Source of the DNA: an uncultured Coriobacteriaceae bacterium
Lineage (GTDB): Bacteria > Actinomycetota > Coriobacteriia > Coriobacteriales > UMGS124
Direction of reading: 5' to 3'
DNA: 51,029 nt
Assembly (NCBI GenBank): GCA_964619775.1
Contig: CAZUFB010000004.1
Span: 2,225-53,253 of the forward strand
Positions 48,838 through 51,029 of the stretch are shown here, piece by piece (position 1 is the stretch's first letter; every line of letters begins with the position of its first letter). The position numbers and the translations under genes are program-made. The notes under the pieces were generated by a model. The model worked only from the letters and a program-made list of their open reading frames with translations, was not told the DNA's origin and did no database searches.

Positions 48838-50013
48838 CTATCCCAGAAGCCGCTTCACGTCGAGCGCGATCATGTATTCCTCCCCTGCCGGCACCACAAG
48901 GATGCGCACGGCGGAGTCCTCGGCCGCGATGGACCAAGGCTCGCCGTGGCGCTCGGCGTTCTTCGCGGGGTCGATGCGGAAACCCCGGTCGGCCAGAGGC
49001 TCGAGCACCTTGGAGCGGATGACCGGCGAGTTTTGGCCGGCGCCGGCGGTGAACACGACCGTGTCGACCCCGCCCATCGCGGCCCACATCGCGCCGAGGT
49101 ACTTGCGCGCCGAGTAGCAGAACATGTCGATGGCGAGGCGCGCGCGGTCGTTGCCGGCCTCGGAGGCGTCGATGAGGTCGCGGATGTCGTTGGTGAGGCC
49201 CGACACCGCCAACAGGCCCGACTTCTTGTTCATGATGGCGTCCACCTCGTGGGCGGTCAGCTCGGAGTTCTCAAGGATGAAGGTCACGGCCGCCGGATCG
49301 ATGGAGCCGCAGCGGGTGCCCATCATCAGGCCGTCGAGCGGGGTGAAGCCCATCGTGGTGTCCACCGCGCGGCCGTCCTGGATGGCGCACAGCGACGACC
49401 CGTTGCCCAGATGGCAGCTCGCCACGCGCCGGGCCTCGCCGCCCGTCAGCTCTTCGACCGTCATCGCAACGTAGCGGTGGTTGATGCCGTGGAAACCGTA
49501 CTTGCGCAGGTTGAAGCGCTCGCACAGGTCGTCGGGCAGGGCGTAGCGCCAGGCGACTTCGGGAATCGTCGCGTGGAACGACGTGTCGAACGACACGACG
49601 TTGGGGACGTTGGGCAGAACCTCGCGGCACGCCTCGATGACCGAGGCGGCGGCGTAGTTGTGCAGGGGCGCCAGGGGCGCGATCTCCTCGATCTTGCGGA
49701 CGACCTCGTCGTCGACGACGCACGAGTCGGCAAAGTAGGTGCCGCCGTGCACGATGCGATGGCCGATGGCGTCCACCGAGCGGCCCGAGGCCGCGTCCTG
49801 CAGCACGGTGCCGAGCACCAGGGAGATGGCCGTGCGGTGGTTGGGAATCGGCAGCGTGAGCTCGGTGGAGCGCTCGGACGTCTCGCTCGAGAAGACGGAG
49901 TCGCCCACGCCGATGCGCTCGCACGCGCCTTTGACGAGCACGGCCCGCGTCTCGACGTTGATGAGCTGGTACTTGAGCGACGAGCTGCCAGCGTTAACCA
50001 CCAGAACATTCAT
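48838..50013 (-). CDS. ackA: acetate kinase
   Basis: MNVLVVNAGSSSLKYQL.., ..GHRIVHGG.. and ..FTAGAGQNS.. Confidence 0.95.
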   Translation of the reverse strand: MNVLVVNAGSSSLKYQLINVETRAVLVKGACERIGVGDSVFSSETSERSTELTLPIPNHRTAISLVLGTVLQDAASGRSVDAIGHRIVHGGTYFADSCVVDDEVVRKIEEIAPLAPLHNYAAASVIEACREVLPNVPNVVSFDTSFHATIPEVAWRYALPDDLCERFNLRKYGFHGINHRYVAMTVEELTGGEARRVASCHLGNGSSLCAIQDGRAVDTTMGFTPLDGLMMGTRCGSIDPAAVTFILENSELTAHEVDAIMNKKSGLLAVSGLTNDIRDLIDASEAGNDRARLAIDMFCYSARKYLGAMWAAMGGVDTVVFTAGAGQNSPVIRSKVLEPLADRGFRIDPAKNAERHGEPWSIAAEDSAVRILVVPAGEEYMIALDVKRLLG

Positions 50014-50078
50014 GGTCGTCCTCCAAGAGGGCACGGCGTCGGCCGGCAGCACCCGCGGCGGGGCCGCACGCAGCCTGC

Positions 50079-50117
50079 ATAGACAAACAGCCTGCCTGCA
50101 CCGCGATGCAGGCAGGC
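50079..50117 (-). terminator. intrinsic terminator downstream of the HIT gene / in the ackA leader
   Basis: Perfect 11-bp stem GCCTGCCTGCA / TGCAGGCAGGC (50090-50117) with a 6-nt loop, followed on the minus strand by TGTTTGTCT. Confidence 0.6.
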
Positions 50118-50247
50118 CACGGCAATTCAGTCATTGTGGACTATCGTGCACGGATGCGCAGGCGCCAAGGGACGCTATTGGGCGGATGGACGCCCGGCAC
50201 GGGATGAAAGAGCATCGCCGGCGCACCCTCCACATCCGCCCCATGAC

Positions 50248-50586
50248 TTACAGCAGGCCCTCGTCCATCTTGACGCCGCCGAGCACATGGCAGTGCAGGT
50301 GCATGACGGTCTGGCCGGCGTCGGCCCCGGTGTTCATGATGAGGCGGAAGCCCCCCTGGTCGACGCCCGTAAGGCGGGCGACCTCCACCGCGGCCTCGAG
50401 CAGGCCGCCGAGCACGTCGGCAGGCACGCCGTCGGCGACGTTGGCATAATGCCCCTTGGGAACCACGAGCACGTGCACGGGAGCCTGGGGGTTGGCGTCC
50501 TTGAAGGCGCAGAAGCGGTCGTTCTCGTAGACGACCTCGGTGGGGATCTCGTGGTTGGCAAGCTTGCAGAAGATGCAGTCTTCCAT
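50248..50586 (-). CDS. HIT-family (histidine triad) protein
   Basis: MEDCIFCKL.. and HLHCHVLGG (HxHxHxx); 112 aa. The upstream part of the track ORF is not coding. Confidence 0.9.
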   Translation of the reverse strand: MEDCIFCKLANHEIPTEVVYENDRFCAFKDANPQAPVHVLVVPKGHYANVADGVPADVLGGLLEAAVEVARLTGVDQGGFRLIMNTGADAGQTVMHLHCHVLGGVKMDEGLL

Positions 50587-50645
50587 GTCCGTACGTCCTT
50601 TCTCAAACGGGTCCGCCGCCGTCGACCGAAAGGCCCCGGCGGCCT

Positions 50646-50751
50646 TAGGGCGGTCCGCAGAACTGCCGAGCAGGGCGTGCGAGGGCGCTGCCGTACAAAA
50701 GGCATGCAAGCCCGGAAGCAACGACGCTCGGCGTTTTTGCGGATCGGCCTA
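50646..50751 (+). repeat. TA-flanked inverted-repeat element, forward copy
   Basis: About 77% identical to 8342-8445. TIRs are GGGCGGTCCGCA and TGCGGATCGGCC, flanked by TA on both sides. The 3' CTA is the xseB stop codon on the opposite strand. Confidence 0.8.
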
Positions 50752-50997
50752 GCTCAGCGTGGTGTCGCGCTCGTCGGTGTCGACCTCGATCTCGCCCATC
50801 AGGGCGCTCACCTTCTGCTCCGCGTCGGTGAGGCGGGCGCGCAGCGAGGCGAGCAGCTCGACGCCGCGCTGGTAGAGGTCAAGGCTCTCCTCAAGCTCGA
50901 GCTGGTTGGACTCGAGAGCCTTGACGATGGCCTCGAGCTCGGCGTTGGCCTCGTTGTAGGTCAGCTCGCCGACGGGCTTGCGCTGGGTCTGGTCCAT
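50749..50997 (-). CDS. xseB: exodeoxyribonuclease VII small subunit
   Basis: 82 aa; ..ELEAIVKALESNQLELEESLDLYQRGVELL.. is the typical XseB helical hairpin. Confidence 0.85.
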   Translation of the reverse strand: MDQTQRKPVGELTYNEANAELEAIVKALESNQLELEESLDLYQRGVELLASLRARLTDAEQKVSALMGEIEVDTDERDTTLS

Positions 50998-51029
50998 GTT
51001 AGCGTCTCCTTGTCAGTTGCGCCGCGCGC

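Overview
A 51-kb, very GC-rich, densely packed chromosomal window. I call 48 CDS and find no rRNA, tRNA, CRISPR array, transposase or prophage genes. Gene content and order point to a Coriobacteriia-like high-GC Gram-positive (inference only). The order is glyQS, lepB, rpsP-KH-rimM-trmD, an OmpR/HK pair, dinB, the long minus-strand run mreBCD-mrdA-rodA / radical-SAM pair / RNase-E/G-like / rplU-rpmA-obg-proBA-nadD-yqeK-rsfS, then ndk, ppiB, a cell-wall amidase, ppx-ppk, glf plus a GT2, and pta / ackA.

Most of the window is housekeeping. The points worth a second look are:
1. A family of ~100-113-nt, TA-flanked, inverted-repeat, non-coding elements. There are five copies. Two are ~77% identical and show compensatory base-pair changes. 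Each copy abuts the TAG stop codon of a neighbouring gene. I do not recognise it as any named family.
2. A four-gene, translationally coupled cassette (Ala-rich protein, B12-type radical SAM, DUF2344-type partner, RNase E/G homologue). The RNase homologue has lost both catalytic-metal Asp motifs and its C-terminal half.
3. pta and ackA are split by two tandem sirtuin-like genes and an Rrf2 regulator. One sirtuin-like gene has lost its catalytic His.
4. An EF-G paralogue carries DAPCY in place of DTPGH.
5. TAG is the stop codon of 31 of the 48 called genes.

The very long ORFs in the supplied track that run antisense to these genes are stop-codon-poor GC artefacts. All similarity calls come from reading the translations and recalling family motifs; no database search was run.
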